Source: Eledone cirrhosa
Taxonomy: Eukaryota
Length of the DNA stretch: 64,000 bases
Assembly (NCBI GenBank): GCA_964016885.1
Contig: OZ024740.1
Coordinates: 301,258,001 to 301,322,000 of the forward strand
Direction: 5' to 3'
Position numbers and translations under genes: made by a program
Shown here: piece after piece, positions 41,987 to 56,300 of the stretch
How positions within the stretch are numbered: position 1 is the first letter of the stretch
Layout: each line of letters begins with the position of its first letter
Notes under the pieces: generated by a model
Told to the model about the DNA's origin: nothing
Database searches by the model: none
What the model saw: the letters and a program-made list of their open reading frames with translations, nothing else

Positions 41987-41991
<5 letters not shown>
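41723..41991 (-). mobile_element. short HHR element: two tandem minus-strand HHRs + one inverted copy, in (TA)n
   Basis: ~80-bp direct repeat (41781 vs 41860); gcttc-CTGAAGA-tTTCA tc TGAAt-GAAACAG tactagtc CTGTA-gaagc at 41935-41983. Confidence 0.85.
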
Positions 41992-42051
<60 letters not shown>

Positions 42052-42304
42052 TAACAGATTCAATTTTAAGCAAAGAATCGGTGCTTTCACCCTTAACGGG
42101 ATTTTCTGATACTGTTCCAGACAATGCCGTTGAAGGTGAAAGTAGCGATTCTTTGCCTAAACCTTAAACTGTTATGTTAATAAATATTTTCTCTATGGTT
42201 TTTTATATATTTTTTATATATATGTTATCCTTATCAAGCCCTCTTCGGATTTTAGTCTTCACATTTATTATTATTACTATATATATATATGTTTTAAAAT
42301 ATAA

Positions 42305-42400
42305 TAGCTTCAGGAAGCTCTTCTATATTAAAACATTTATACTTCGCTATGTATTGAGTACCTTACTTACTGTGGTTACCTCCGATTCAACCCGGAATAA
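42305..42400 (+). mobile_element. diverged 3' end of the 41723-41991 family
   Basis: atgtattgagtaccttacttactgtggtta..tcaacccgg is the reverse complement of 41730-41780. Confidence 0.7.
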
Positions 42401-42492
42401 CTTATATATATATGTATATATATATACGTATGTGTGTGTGTGTATGTGTATATATACATATATATATATATACGTATGTGTGTGTGTGTATG

Positions 42493-42527
<35 letters not shown>

Positions 42528-42554
42528 TTATGTATATATATATATATATATAGA

Positions 42555-42862
42555 TAATTGTTTCTACTTTAGGCACAAGGCCAGCAAATTAGTCAGTGCA
42601 TTACTGGTACTTTATTTTATCGACCCCGTAAGGATGAAAGGCAAAGTCAACCTCGGTGGGATTTGAACTCAGATCGTAAAGGGACGTAACTATGCTGGAA
42701 AGCATGGCGTCCGACCCTCTACCGATACTGCCAATCCACCGACCATGATGATATATATATAGATAATTGTTTCTACTTTAGGCACAAGGCTAGCAATTAC
42801 CCAGTGCATTACTGGTACTTTATTTTATCGACCCCGTAAGGATGAAAGGCAAAGTCAACCTC
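42555..42862 (-). mobile_element. two SINE copies (full-length 42555-42741, truncated 42763-42862)
   Basis: Family similarity; flanked by a repeated atatatagataat. Confidence 0.9.
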
Positions 42863-42879
42863 TATATATAGATAATGGC

Positions 42880-43520
42880 GATGAATTAGTTTTGCGAGGG
42901 TTTTAATATGAAATCGTGTGTCGAAACAAATATTGTTATACTTGGGGTGGGTCATATTTGTGTAATAATATTGCCAGAATTAATAGCAAAACACACTGCT
43001 TGGTTGGTTTTCGCTTCTGAGTCTTTTATATCGGTTAATTTAATTTATTCGGTCCTCAATGCTACTATTGACTGACCAACGGTCAAAAATACAGATACAA
43101 TATAAACACAAACACATATATATAATCTAACAAAGTTATTTCGTTGCACATCTGCAACATCGTCAGTGGTGCTATTATGTTTCCTCCCGTTGTATTGTAT
43201 GCCTACGCCATCTTTATTTAGTCTGTTTATCTATGTAGTTTTTTTTTGTCTTCTCTGCGCATGCGTTTGCGCGTGTGTGTAGTGTTTGATGTGTGTTCGT
43301 GTTTGGGTGACTGTGTATTGGTTATTGTATTCTATCTTAATTTTCTAACATAGAATACAATAAGATGGAATTGGTCAGTCAATGGTAACATTGAGGACCG
43401 AATAAATTAAATTAACCGATATAAAAGACACAGAAGCGAAAACCAACCAAACAGTGAGTGTGTTCTGCTATTAATTCTGGCAATATTATTACACAAATAT
43501 GACCCTCCCCAAGTATACTA
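42880..43520 (-). mobile_element. non-coding PLE derivative with ~150-bp inverted ends, distant relative of the 27-33 kb family
   Basis: 42937-43079 is the reverse complement of 43371-43517; terminal ttgttatact..gggtcat and tail resemble 27187/28400-28450. Confidence 0.75.
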
Positions 43521-45399
43521 TATATATATATATATATATATATGCATATTTGAGTTAGTGTGTGTGTGTGTGGGTGTGTGTATGTGTATGAGTGTATGCG
43601 TACATGTGTGGATGCATATTTGTATGTTTTGATTATTACTTCACTGGAGCGCAGCGATAAGAAAGCAGTGTTAGAGTGAATTTTTGCAAATGTCTAAGAG
43701 TATAGAAATATTTGGAGTGAAGTACTATCTAGTGACATATATAGATATAAATATGAAATAATGTGTCGACCATAATTCTCAATATATATGGAATATAGGT
43801 GTCTTTGACAATATTATTTGATGTCATTGTTTATTTCTTTATACTTTATAAGACGTTTAAATCATATCTTTATGAAACAAATGTTTCGTGTCACACAATA
43901 TCTTTCATCCGTTGATTTTCATTGAAATGTTAAGTTTCTGTATGTAGTTCATAAGTGAGGGAATAATTATATTACCGTGTTATCTAAATGCAGCAACCCG
44001 TAACTCGCATTCATTAACAATATGAAATAATGTTTCAGACTCAAATGTGTCTATCGTTATACCTTTCCAGTGCAGTCGCCATGAAGAGATTATCATCTTT
44101 ATCTTCTCATTATCTCATTTTCCATCTGTTAACCTATAGAAGGATGATCAGAAATAATTTGGATTTACTGCTACTGACCAGATGAAGATATCTTATATAC
44201 AGATTTCTATAATACTATAATGTAATTCATCTGAATTCAGCTTTTGGTAGATGAGGTCAGCTAGGATTTCATCAATTGGCTTTTATATCCAGTATATTTA
44301 TAGGTTGTATTACTTCCAACTACGTATAACGATGAATGATCAATATTTACGTTTAAACTGTAGTAGTAACAGTTTAAAATAACGATAAATGTTACACTTT
44401 GAAATTTAGGTCTTAATTGATGAAAAACCCCTTTAGAATTTCATCACATTGATATATAACGATTCCCATTAAGCCTGTTACGAGTTAAGCATCAAATGAC
44501 ATATATAATTATCAAAATAACTATGCGTCTTGTGTTTATTAAATGTATTTTTATATACGAATATCCAACACGTGCTTTGATACTGTTTAACTATCAAACA
44601 TTTTCCAGCTCATAAATATAAACCCATGATATAAATTTGAGCAACTTGACGAAATAGCATAACGCTGTCTAATCTTCCCCATCGGACCCAACACTCATAC
44701 ATATCAAATAACGAAACACATTTTTACAAGATAGAGATATGTAAAGCTGTTTGATATTTCATCTGATATGTTTTAAAGAAAGACATAACTAATACGTGAA
44801 GTGTATAATCTGGACGTTTACACCTCATAACTAAAACTCCACTCATGCAGTTAGGAGAAAACGTTCCTTAGCACTTCAATATTTTATTCATGCTTGGTAT
44901 AGTTGCATAATATATCATGAACCAATATCGGAAAAAGACAAATTGATTTTGGAATAAGACCGTCTATAAATTACGTAGATCAATTGGCTAACGTTAAGAT
45001 CTCTGAAGCAATAAACATTAGATAAAAGCAACTGGGGTAGAAACGTTTTATTAATATGATTTTGGAAAATAACTAACGCATATATATGTGCTTAAATTGC
45101 AACGACGAAGAAGAATACCTTTGCAATATAACGGCTTCAATTTTATCCGTGGCAATATCACTAAATATAATGGAAGAATGAAAGGATGACATAAGCATCA
45201 CAGTATGTGGATTCTTTCGAAAAGACGCTATTAAATAATCGAGCAAATTTTAGAGATGTATTTTGCAAACTCGCAATTAGAAAAATAATTTTCCAAATAT
45301 ATATATTGTATGTATGTTTCTCTTTCTATTAATTTCGAGTACATATTTGACCAACCACCTTCCTGGTGGCAAGGTTGTCATCACTTAAATCACAAGAAT

Positions 45400-46450
45400 G
45401 TTTTACAAATTTTGAAGGCACCAGCTATCGCGACCATGTGTAGTTTATGAATTAAAGAACTGCGCGTATTGTCCACAACTCCATGTTCAGTCATATAGTC
45501 GTCCAAAGGTGTTGGTATATAAACCATAAACTGTAGCTCCAATAATATTGGGTATGAAGCTGTAGGTGTGTCTTGGATACTGTATCTGCAAAATCCTTAT
45601 GAATGGTTCAGAGATATCCTACTTCTCTTGTATTTTTCTTACACAGTTGACGTTAAGTGGGGACTTGATCCCTACAACAGAGCACATTTTCAATATGTGG
45701 TCCCTAACAACATCATCAGATTGGTTGTGCTTTAATTTGTAGGCGGTCTTTATCTTCATGTTCCACCAGTATTCTTTAGTGCCATCTATCTGAACATATT
45801 CCTCCTCATTTGTATGCATGTATGTATGTACGTATGTATGTATGCGTGTATGAATGTATGTGTGTATGTATGTATATATATGTACGTATAGCCCAATGTC
45901 CATATCATGATCATCTTAGGTATGTTCTGCAGGACCCCAGATTTGCCAGAATCACTTTTAAGTGCCAATAATACAATAAATTGTATTGTATTGAAAACCT
46001 GCTAGGCAAATTGGAGATAATATTTCAGCTGTACGATCTCTACACTCGTGACAAGATCTGGGAAAATTGGTATAATTCATCTTAAGTGAGAGTTGCCCAT
46101 GTTATCACAAACGGCAGGTCGAAAGAGGAGATACTAGTGTTCTGCAACTGGAGTTAGATCTCACATGTAAATGTTTTACCTAATGAAATTATTCATTGGT
46201 TAAATGCTTTAACCAAGACAATCCCACATTTTATCCAATAAAATGTCATCAGCGAGAAGAAAAGCCAATACGATCTTTGCTGACCGAAAGTACCAGGAAG
46301 TACATACATCCCTCATAAACCTTGCTCATTTCAATGACATACCTGTAGTAGACCGATTATGAGCATGTAGATTTAACCAGTGAAGTAAGTTACATATAAC
46401 CAAGCGTTTTTTAATTTGTCTAGACGAGTGAATCTTTGATCATCCTCTCA
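45400..46450 (-). pseudogene. decayed R4/Dong-like non-LTR C-terminus (restriction-like endonuclease), split by a (TATG)n tract
   Basis: EYWWNMKIKTA.KLKHNQSD...KMCSVV..PLNVN..KIQEK, LQIQYPRHTYSFIPNIIGA, LIHKLHMVAIAGAFKICKTFL*. Confidence 0.6.
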
Positions 46451-46624
46451 GAAATTCACACAGGTAGCCAACATTCAACCGCTGTCATCAATTTTGGAAT
46501 TATTCCGAAAGGCCATTGATTATAATGTTTATGAACGTTCGCTATCGAAATCTATACGCTGGTTATGTGAAAGTAATTCAAAAGTATGTAATGAAGACTT
46601 TGAATGGGAGACACCTGCTTGAGA

Positions 46625-46811
46625 TAACTGTTTCTAATTTAGGCACAACGCCAGCAAATACCCAGTATATTACTGGTACTTTACTTTATCGACACTGTAA
46701 GGATCAAAGGCAAAGTTAACCTCGGCGGGATTTGAACACAGTTTGGCAACGGCCGTAACTCTATGCATCAAAGCATGGCATCCGATCCTCTACCGATACT
46801 GCCAATCCACC
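46625..46811 (-). mobile_element. SINE copy with TSD (cac)ctgcttgagataa
   Basis: Family similarity; direct repeat at 46612 and 46808. Confidence 0.9.
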
Positions 46812-49800
46812 TGCTTGAGATAATGCATTCTAATAAATAAAGCAAATACGTTCATTTTTTGGACTATTAAATGAAAGGTTTAGAAGTTCCTAAATGACCA
46901 TCGCATATTTAAATAAGAAATGAGGGTCTCTTACAATATATATATCTTAACATTCTAACGAAGAACGCCACCTCCAATTGGAGATGTTATTTTGAAAACA
47001 GCTGCAATATCTGTCATACCGACTGTTGTAAATGACTCAAACCTTATTTTCAGTTTCTTTCTCACAGAAGTTCTATGTTGCGTACATCTACTGCCAATCT
47101 AGACGAATCAATATTTAGAGTTTTTTTTAAATATATATTCTCATGGCTTATTTACGTAACATTAAACAACAGAAACATATTGTTTAATCTCTCATTGCGA
47201 AATAATTTACACCAAAAACGATTTTCTTTTGCGAGTGAATAAGTGTGAACTATATCATTCCTGTTATTAATAATACGAGAGTTGCCCATATATTCAGAAA
47301 ATGCAAATGTTTATGTTAAACATTAAAACGGATTAAGCCTAGGATCTGAATAGGTGAAATTTTAGCTGAGAAAAGTACGAGGAAACATTCTTCAGTACGC
47401 ATTAGTAAAATAAAAGAAACGCAACTGTATGAGAAAATAAAAGGAAATATAACATGAGACAGCTGAATGGACATAAGATGTACTAACTCTAATTAGAGAT
47501 GCATGTGCAATGTCACAACAGATATTCCGAAAATGAATATATGCTTTATATGTAATATATTGTACACAGAAAATATATTCGGAAAACTGTATTTGAGAAG
47601 TACTGATAACATCACTATACATTCCCTCTCGCTGCATTCATTTTTCTTAAATTAACAAACACGACCAACATTAACTCACATAATACTACTGCGGAATAAA
47701 TATTATTATCAAACGCTATTTCACTATGATGGCAAGACAATATTCAGTCATGTTTGGTTCGTCTGTAAAATGACGCAACCCTCAATGCCGACGCATTAGA
47801 AAGCGGTTTATCTCTACTATTCGGTTCCCCAGATGGTTTCGGTGAAGTTACTGTTGGTAGAGAGAAACGATTGATGTACTTTAATTAGACATACTTTTTA
47901 TAGGAAGGCAGCAGTAATTTATGTGACTAGAGTGTAACGTTCTTATTTTGGCACCAGAATGATAATCTTGAAGGTTGACATGTTTATTGTTAAATTATTT
48001 GAAAATGTAATCCAATACAATAAAATAAATAGAATTAATGAACTAAAATATTGCATTTTCAATTCCGTACTTTGTCTACTACATATTTCATATCTTATGT
48101 CAAGAACATTCACTATTAAAATTTGGATAATGAAATTCAGTAATTAAATTCAAACAATATAAGTCTAGCCATTTTCAGTTGACAAACTTTTACAATTGCT
48201 TGAAATGTTATAAATTATGAATTAATATATAAATTCCAGACATTAATATTGGATGTTAACACAAATAACCTGTCATTTGTTCCAAACTGTTACAAGTCAT
48301 GCTGTGAACTGCCCACTGATCAATTGATCTGCTACAAATAGCAGCTCATCATCCTTATCCCACGTACAATTTGATTTAAAATAGTTTTTATTCTAAGGTT
48401 ATGCAATTATAGTGATATTTTATCAGATAAAAACATATGGCTATTGCTGCAATATTCTTTTCCGATTTGCTGAATCAATATTGAGCAAGGCAAGCATCTA
48501 TGAAGAGAGGATGTTAAGGCATTTCACGCAAAATCATAAAGTCACTTCATTGATGCCTGGATCAGGTGGTGCGTTGCTTTACTTAACAAAATTGAGAATG
48601 CTCTCATTAACACAGCCAAAGAAAATTCCAATGTATTGCAACCTAAAAAGAATCCGGTTAAACCTATTTATGAGAGAGAGAGCTGTAAATTTCAGTTTTT
48701 TATTCTGTCCTTTCAATCCACGAGTGCATTATAATTACACATACAATTTTCCGAAGGTGGATTATTTTAGTTTCCATTGTAATAATATATGATATTCTTT
48801 TCATTTTATTTTCTACTTTTTTAACAGTTGTGTAGGGCAGTAATATCTGATGGACCAAGTATTTGGAAACTGGTACTAAATTTATCGTCCCTGGTGCATG
48901 GAAGTTACATTTAAATAGATTCATTTTCTCTTTGAAGAGAATTAGTAATCCATCAATTCAAACCTCATAAGTTAGCCGATTAGAAATATATAAAAAAAAA
49001 CACTGCTTTATATATTTATATGAAAATATAAATCTTATATAATTATATGCTGTTTCTAGATGCATAAATAATGCCATGATAAACCTAGTCATTTTATCAA
49101 CGTGCAATCATATTTATGGAACGAAGAGACATTTTCATATATATATTCAGAGAAAATATTTTATCGTGCTACTTCAAATATTCAAACTCTACCGATGGCA
49201 GATTTTTCTCGATGTGGACTGAATATGAGCAATTAACAGTATTACATCGATATATATATATATATAAATTTATGGAGTATCCATCTCAATTCTTGACATA
49301 GTATACATTACAAAACTTTGGTTATTTGATCGCATCTTCATCAGTTTGAAATCTATTTTCAACAAGCTATTGCCATGGAGTTGAGTCGATATTTATAACT
49401 AGCGATAGGCAATCCTGATGAGCACAGTGAGGTGTTGTGAAATATTCTGATTGTAAACAATCTGGTTATTAAAAGGGCCACCTGTTTATTTCGAAGAATT
49501 CTATAATGTTATGGAGTTCCAATAATATTACATAAATGGTTTATTAAATATATCCGCCATAGTGTATTAAAAAAAAAAGAAAAATTGTTTTTAACGTTAT
49601 CAAATATGGATTGAAAATAATAGGATTTGCTTTATTTAAACATTTAATGAATGTTCATCGAAGAGAAAATTTGCATTCAAAACTGAGCGGAACCGGTAGT
49701 TAACAGTTAATAACCCGAATTGAAATATGTATTGATTATGTTGGACAATGTTGAAGTAAAAATCTATATTTGGCGGGAGCTGTACCAGAAAATAAAAAAC

Positions 49801-50044
49801 AAATATTTAGCTGAATTTCCCGTCTTCTTTATAATATATATCAGGCCATTCAAGATTTCCATGGTGATAAAGAAAAAAATTCTGTGCTCAGATAGTCACG
49901 TCATGTGACTGATCTAAACACAAATACGCTTCTTACTATATATGAAGGTACACATATACAGAGGCAACTATATATATGAAGTGATGTTCATCTATACACA
50001 TATACATCACATACACACACGCACATATACACTCACACACACAC

Positions 50045-50352
<308 letters not shown>

Positions 50353-53300
50353 AGTAGGCGTCAGTCATCTTACCATCCCATTCCTTCTAACTAGCCTCTA
50401 TGTCACGTGATTGATTCTTTAGAATCGGCCATTTGACTGGAAGCAGTGAGAATTTCAGTACATAGAATCCAGTCCTCGCCTAGCTGTTCTTTCTACCGAA
50501 TTATTATTTTTATATGAGCCGCCAGTGTCCGCGCATTGCCTGGAGGCTCAGCTGAGAATAGACTCCCTGATGACGCAATGAATTCTCGACAGTTGGATTA
50601 TGTAACTGTCTTTATCCCATTGCAGAAACTAATTAGTTGGAGTGAAAATTTAAGTAAGTAAGTAAAAAATTTTTTTAGAAATTTTTTTTAAAAATATTTT
50701 CTTATTTTACGTCTTTTATATTATTGTTCTGCACCCTCCTGCATTGAACCACCTAGGTACTATGACATAACCTGTGTATTTGCTGGCATGGACGTGCATC
50801 TGTGCGCCTATGTTAGTTGATATATTAAATTATCTATATTTATCTCCAAATCACTGATTTGTCGAGCAAACCTGCCAAAATCACTTCAAAATTTTTTTTG
50901 GGGTGTTAGTAGGCGTCAGTCATCTTACCATCCCATTCCTTCTAACTAGCCTCTATGTCACGTGATTGATTCTTTAGAATCGGCCATTTGACTGGAAGCA
51001 GTGAGAATTTCAGTACATAGAATCCAGTCCTCGCCTAGCTGTTCTTTCTACCGAATTATTATTTTTATATGAGCCGCCAGTGTCCGCGCATTGCCTGGAG
51101 GCTCAGCTGAGAATAGACTCCCTGATGACGCAATGAATTCTCGACAGTTGGATTATGTAACTGTCTTTATCCCATTGCAGAAACTAATTAGTTGGAGTGA
51201 AAATTTAAGTAAGTAAGTAAAAAATTTTTTTAAAAGTTTTTTTAAAAAATATTTTCTTATTTTACGTCTTTTATATTATTGTTCTGCACCCTCCTGCATT
51301 GAACCACCTAGGTACTATGACATAACCTGTGTATTTGCTGGCATGGACGTGCATCTGTGCGCCTATGTTAGTTGATATATTAAATTATCTATATTTATCT
51401 CCAAATCACTGATTTGTCGAGCAAACCTGCCAAAACCACTTCAAAATTTTTTTTGGGGTGTTAGTAGGCGTCAGTCATCTTACCATCCCATTCCTTCTAA
51501 CTAGCCTCTATGTCACGTGATTGATTCTTTAGAATCGGCCATTTGACTGGAAGCAGTGAGAATTTCAGTACATAGAATCCAGTCCTCGCCTAGCTGTTCT
51601 TTCTACCGAATTATTATTTTTATATGAGCCGCCAGTGTCCGCGCATTGCCTGGAGGCTCAGCTGAGAATAGACTCCCTGATGACGCAATGAATTCTCGAC
51701 AGTTGGATTATGTAACTGTCTTTATCCCATTACAGAAACTAATTAGTTGGAGTGAAAATTTAAGTAAGTAAGTAAAAAATTTTTTTAAAAATTTTTTTTA
51801 AAAAATATTTTCTTATTTTACGTCTTTTATATTATTGTTCTGCACCCTCCTGCATTGAACCACCTAGGTACTATGACATAACCTGTGTATTTGCTGGCAT
51901 GGACGTGCATCTGTGCGCCTATGTTAGTTGATATATTAAATTATCTATATTTATCTCCAAATCACTGATTTGTCGAGCAAACCTGCCAAAATCACTTCAA
52001 AATTTTTTTTGGGGTGTTAGTAGGCGTCAGTCATCTTACCATTCCATTCCTTCTAACTAGCCTCTATGTCACGTGATTGATTCTTTAGAATCGGCCATTT
52101 GACTGGAAGCAGTGAGAATTTCAGTACATAGAATCCAGTCCTCGCCTAGCTGTTCTTTCTACCGAATTATTATTTTTATATGAGCCGCCAGTGTCCGCGC
52201 ATTGCCTGGAGGCTTAGCTGAGAATAGACTCCCTGATGACGCAATGAATTCTCGACAGTTGGATTATGTAACTGTCTTTATCCCATTGCAGAAACTAATT
52301 AGTTGGAGTGAAAATTTAAGTAAGTAAGTAAAAAATTTTTTTAAAAATCTTTTTAAAAAATATTTTCTTATTTTACGTCTTTTATATTATTGTTCTGCAC
52401 CCTCCTGCATTGCACCACCTAGGTACTATGACATAACCTGTGTATTTGCTGGCATGGACGTGCATCTGTGCGCCTATGTTAGTTGATATATTAAATTATC
52501 TATATTTATCTCCAAATCACTGATTTGTCGAGCAAACCTGCCAAAATCACTTCAAAATTTTTTTTGGGGTGTTAGTAGGCGTCAGTCATCTTACCATCCC
52601 ATTCCTTCTAACTAGCCTCTATGTCACGTGATTGATTCTTTAGAATCGGCCATTTGACTGGAAGCAGTGAGAATTTCAGTACATAGAATCCAGTCCTCGC
52701 CTAGCTGTTCTTTCTACCGAATTATTATTTTTATATGAGCCGCCAGTGTCCGCGCATTGCCTGGAGGCTCAGCTGAGAATAGACTCCCTGATGACGCAAT
52801 GAATTCTCGACAGTTGGATTATGTAACTGTCTTTATCCCATTACAGAAACTAATTATTTGGAGTGAAAATTTAAGTAAGTAAGTAAAAAATGTTCTTAAA
52901 AATTTTTTTAAAAAAATATTTTCTTATTTTACGTCTTTTATATTATTGTTCTGCACCCTCCTGCATTGAACCACCTAGGTACTATGACATAACCTGTGTA
53001 TTTGCTGGCATGGACGTGCATCTGTGCGCCTATGTTAGTTGATATATTAAATTATCTATATTTATCTCCAAATCACTGATTTGTCGAGCAAACCTGCCAA
53101 AATCACTTCAAAATTTTTTTTGGGGTGTTAGTAGGCGTCAGTCATCTTACCATCCCATTCCTTCTAACTAGCCTCTATGTCACGTGATTGATTCTTTAGA
53201 ATCGGCCATTTGACTGGAAGCAGTGAGAATTTCAGTACATAGAATCCAGTCCTCGCCTAGCTGTTCTTTCTACCGAATTATTATTTTTATATGAGCCGCC

Positions 53301-56300
53301 AGTGTCCGCGCATTGCCTGGAGGCTCAGCTGAGAATAGACTCCCTGATGACGCAATGAATTCTCGACAGTTGGATTATGTAACTGTCTTTATCCCATTGC
53401 AGAAACTAATTAGTTGGAGTGAAAATTTAAGTAAGTAAGTAAAAAAATTTTTTTAAAGTTTTTTTAAAAAATATTTTCTTATTTTACGTATTTTATATTA
53501 TTGTTCTGCACCCTCCTGCATTGAACCACCTAGGTACTATGACATAACCTGTGTATTTGCTGGCATGGACGTGCATCTGTGCGCCTATGTTAGTTGATAT
53601 ATTAAATTATCTATATTTATCTCCAAATCACTGATTTGTCGAGCAAACCTGCCAAAATCACTTCAAAATTTTTTTTGGGGTGTTAGTAGGCGTCAGTCAT
53701 CTTACCATCCCATTCCTTCTAACTAGCCTCTATGTCACGTGATTGATTCTTTAGAATCGGCCATTTGACTGGAAGCAGTGAGAATTTCAGTACATAGAAT
53801 CCAGTCCTCGCCTAGCTGTTCTTTCTACCGAATTATTATTTTTATATGAGCCGCCAGTGTCCGCGCATTGCCTGGAGGCTCAGCTGAGAATAGACTCCCT
53901 GATGATGCAATGAATTCTCGACAGTTGGATTATGTAACTGTCTTTATCCCATTGCAGAAACTAATTAGTTGGAGTGAAAATTTAAGTAAGTAAGTAAAAA
54001 AATTTTTTAAAAGTTTTTTTAAAAAATATTTTCTTATTTTACGTATTTTATATTATTGTTCTGCACCCTCCTGCATTGAACCACCTAGGTACTATGACAT
54101 AACCTGTGTATTTGCTGGCATGGACGTGCATCTGTGCGCCTATGTTAGTTGATATATTAAATTATCTGTATTTATCTCCAAATCACTGATTTGTCGAGCA
54201 AACCTGCCAAAACCACTTCAAAATTTTTTTTGGGGTGTTAGTAGGCGTCAGTCATCTTACCATCCCATTCCTTCTAACTAGCCTCTATGTCACGTGATTG
54301 ATTCTTTAGAATCGGCCATTTGACTGGAAGCAGTGAGAATTTCAGTACATAGAATCCAGTCCTCGCCTAGCTGTTCTTTCTACCGAATTATTATTTTATA
54401 TGAGCCGCCAGTGTCCGCGCATTGCCTGGAGGCTCAGCTGAGAATAGACTCCCTGATGACGCAATGAATTCTCGACAGATGGATTATGTAACTATCTTTA
54501 TCCCATTACAGAAACTAATTAGTTGGAGTGAAAATTTAAGTAAGTAAGTAAAAAATTTTTTTAAAAATTTTTTTTAAAAAATATTTTCTTATTTTACGTC
54601 TTTTATATTATTGTTCTGCACCCTCCTGCATTGAACCACCTAGGTACTATGACATAACCTGTGTATTTGCTGGCATGGACGTGCATCTGTGCGCCTATGT
54701 TAGTTGATATATTAAATTATCTATATTTATCTCCAAATCACTGATTTGTCGAGCAAACCTGCCAAAATCACTTCAAAATTTTTTTTGGGGTGTTAGTAGG
54801 CGTCAGTCATCTTACCATCCCATTCCTTCTAACTAGCCTCTATGTCACGTGATTGATTCTTTAGAATCGGCCATTTGACTGGAAGCAGTGAGAATTTCAG
54901 TACATAGAATCCAGTCCTCGCCTAGCTGTTCTTTCTACCGAATTATTATTTTTATATGAGCCGCCAGTGTCCGCGCATTGCCTGGAGGCTCAGCTGAGAA
55001 TAGACTCCCTGATGACGCAATGAATTCTCGACAGTTGGATTATGTAACTGTCTTTATCCCATTGCAGAAACTAATTAGTTGGAGTGAAAATTTAAGTAAG
55101 TAAGTAAAAAATTTTTTTAAAAGTTTTTTTTAAAAATATTTTCTTATTTTACGTATTTTATATTATTGTTCTGCACCCTCCTGCATTGAACCACCTAGGT
55201 ACTATGACATAACCTGTGTATTTGCTGGCATGGACGTGCATCTGTGCGCCTATGTTAGTTGATATATTAAATTATCTATATTTATCTCCAAATCATTGAT
55301 TTGTCGAGCAAACCTGCCAAAACCACTTCAAAATTTTTTTGGGGTGTTAGTAGGCGTCAGTCATCTTACCATCCCATTCCTTCTAACTAGCCTCTATGTC
55401 ACGTGATTGATTCTTTAGAATCGGCCATTTGACTGGAAGCAGTGAGAATTTCAGTACATAGAATCCAGTCCTCGCCTAGCTGTTCTTTCTACCGAATTAT
55501 TATTTTTATATGAGCCGCCAGTGTCCGCGCATTGCCTGGAGGCTCAGCTGAGAATAGACTCCCTGATGACGCAATGAATTCTCGACAGTTGGATTATGTA
55601 ACTGTCTTTATCCCATTGCAGAAACTAATTAGTTGGAGTGAAAATTTAAGTAAGTAAGTAAAAAAATTTTTTAAAAGTTTTTTTAAAAAATATTTTCTTA
55701 TTTTACGTATTTTATATTATTGTTCTGCACCCTCCTGCATTGAACCACCTAGGTACTATGACATAACCTGTGTATTTGCTGGCATGGACGTGCATCTGTG
55801 CGCCTATGTTAGTTGATATATTAAATTATCTGTATTTATCTCCAAATCACTGATTTGTCGAGCAAACCTGCCAAAACCACTTCAAAATTTTTTTTGGGGT
55901 GTTAGTAGGCGTCAGTCATCTTACCATCCCATTCCTTCTAACTAGCCTCTATGTCACGTGATTGATTCTTTAGAATCGGCCATTTGACTGGAAGCAGTGA
56001 GAATTTCAGTACATAGAATCCAGTCCTCGCCTAGCTGTTCTTTCTACCGAATTATTATTTTTATATGAGCCGCCAGTGTCCGCGCATTGCCTGGAGGCTC
56101 AGCTGAGAATAGACTCCCTGATGACGCAATGAATTCTCGACAGTTGGATTATGTAACTATCTTTATCCCATTACAGAAACTAATTAGTTGGAGTGAAAAT
56201 TTAAGTAAGTAAGTAAAAAATGTTTTTAAAAATTTTTTTTAAAAAATATTTTCTTATTTTACGTCTTTTATATTATTGTTCTGCACCCTCCTGCATTGAA

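Noticed and set aside
43990-44330. Possible RTE-like RT remnant on the minus strand
   Set aside because: Too degraded for me to support by eye
47715-47885. Possible relative of the 40874 HHR element (shared tgacgcaacc and gaaac.attg..gtacttta)
   Set aside because: Core not recoverable and similarity too short
48412-48792. 126-aa ORF (and the 105-aa ORF at 23440-23757)
   Set aside because: No recognisable domain or splice support
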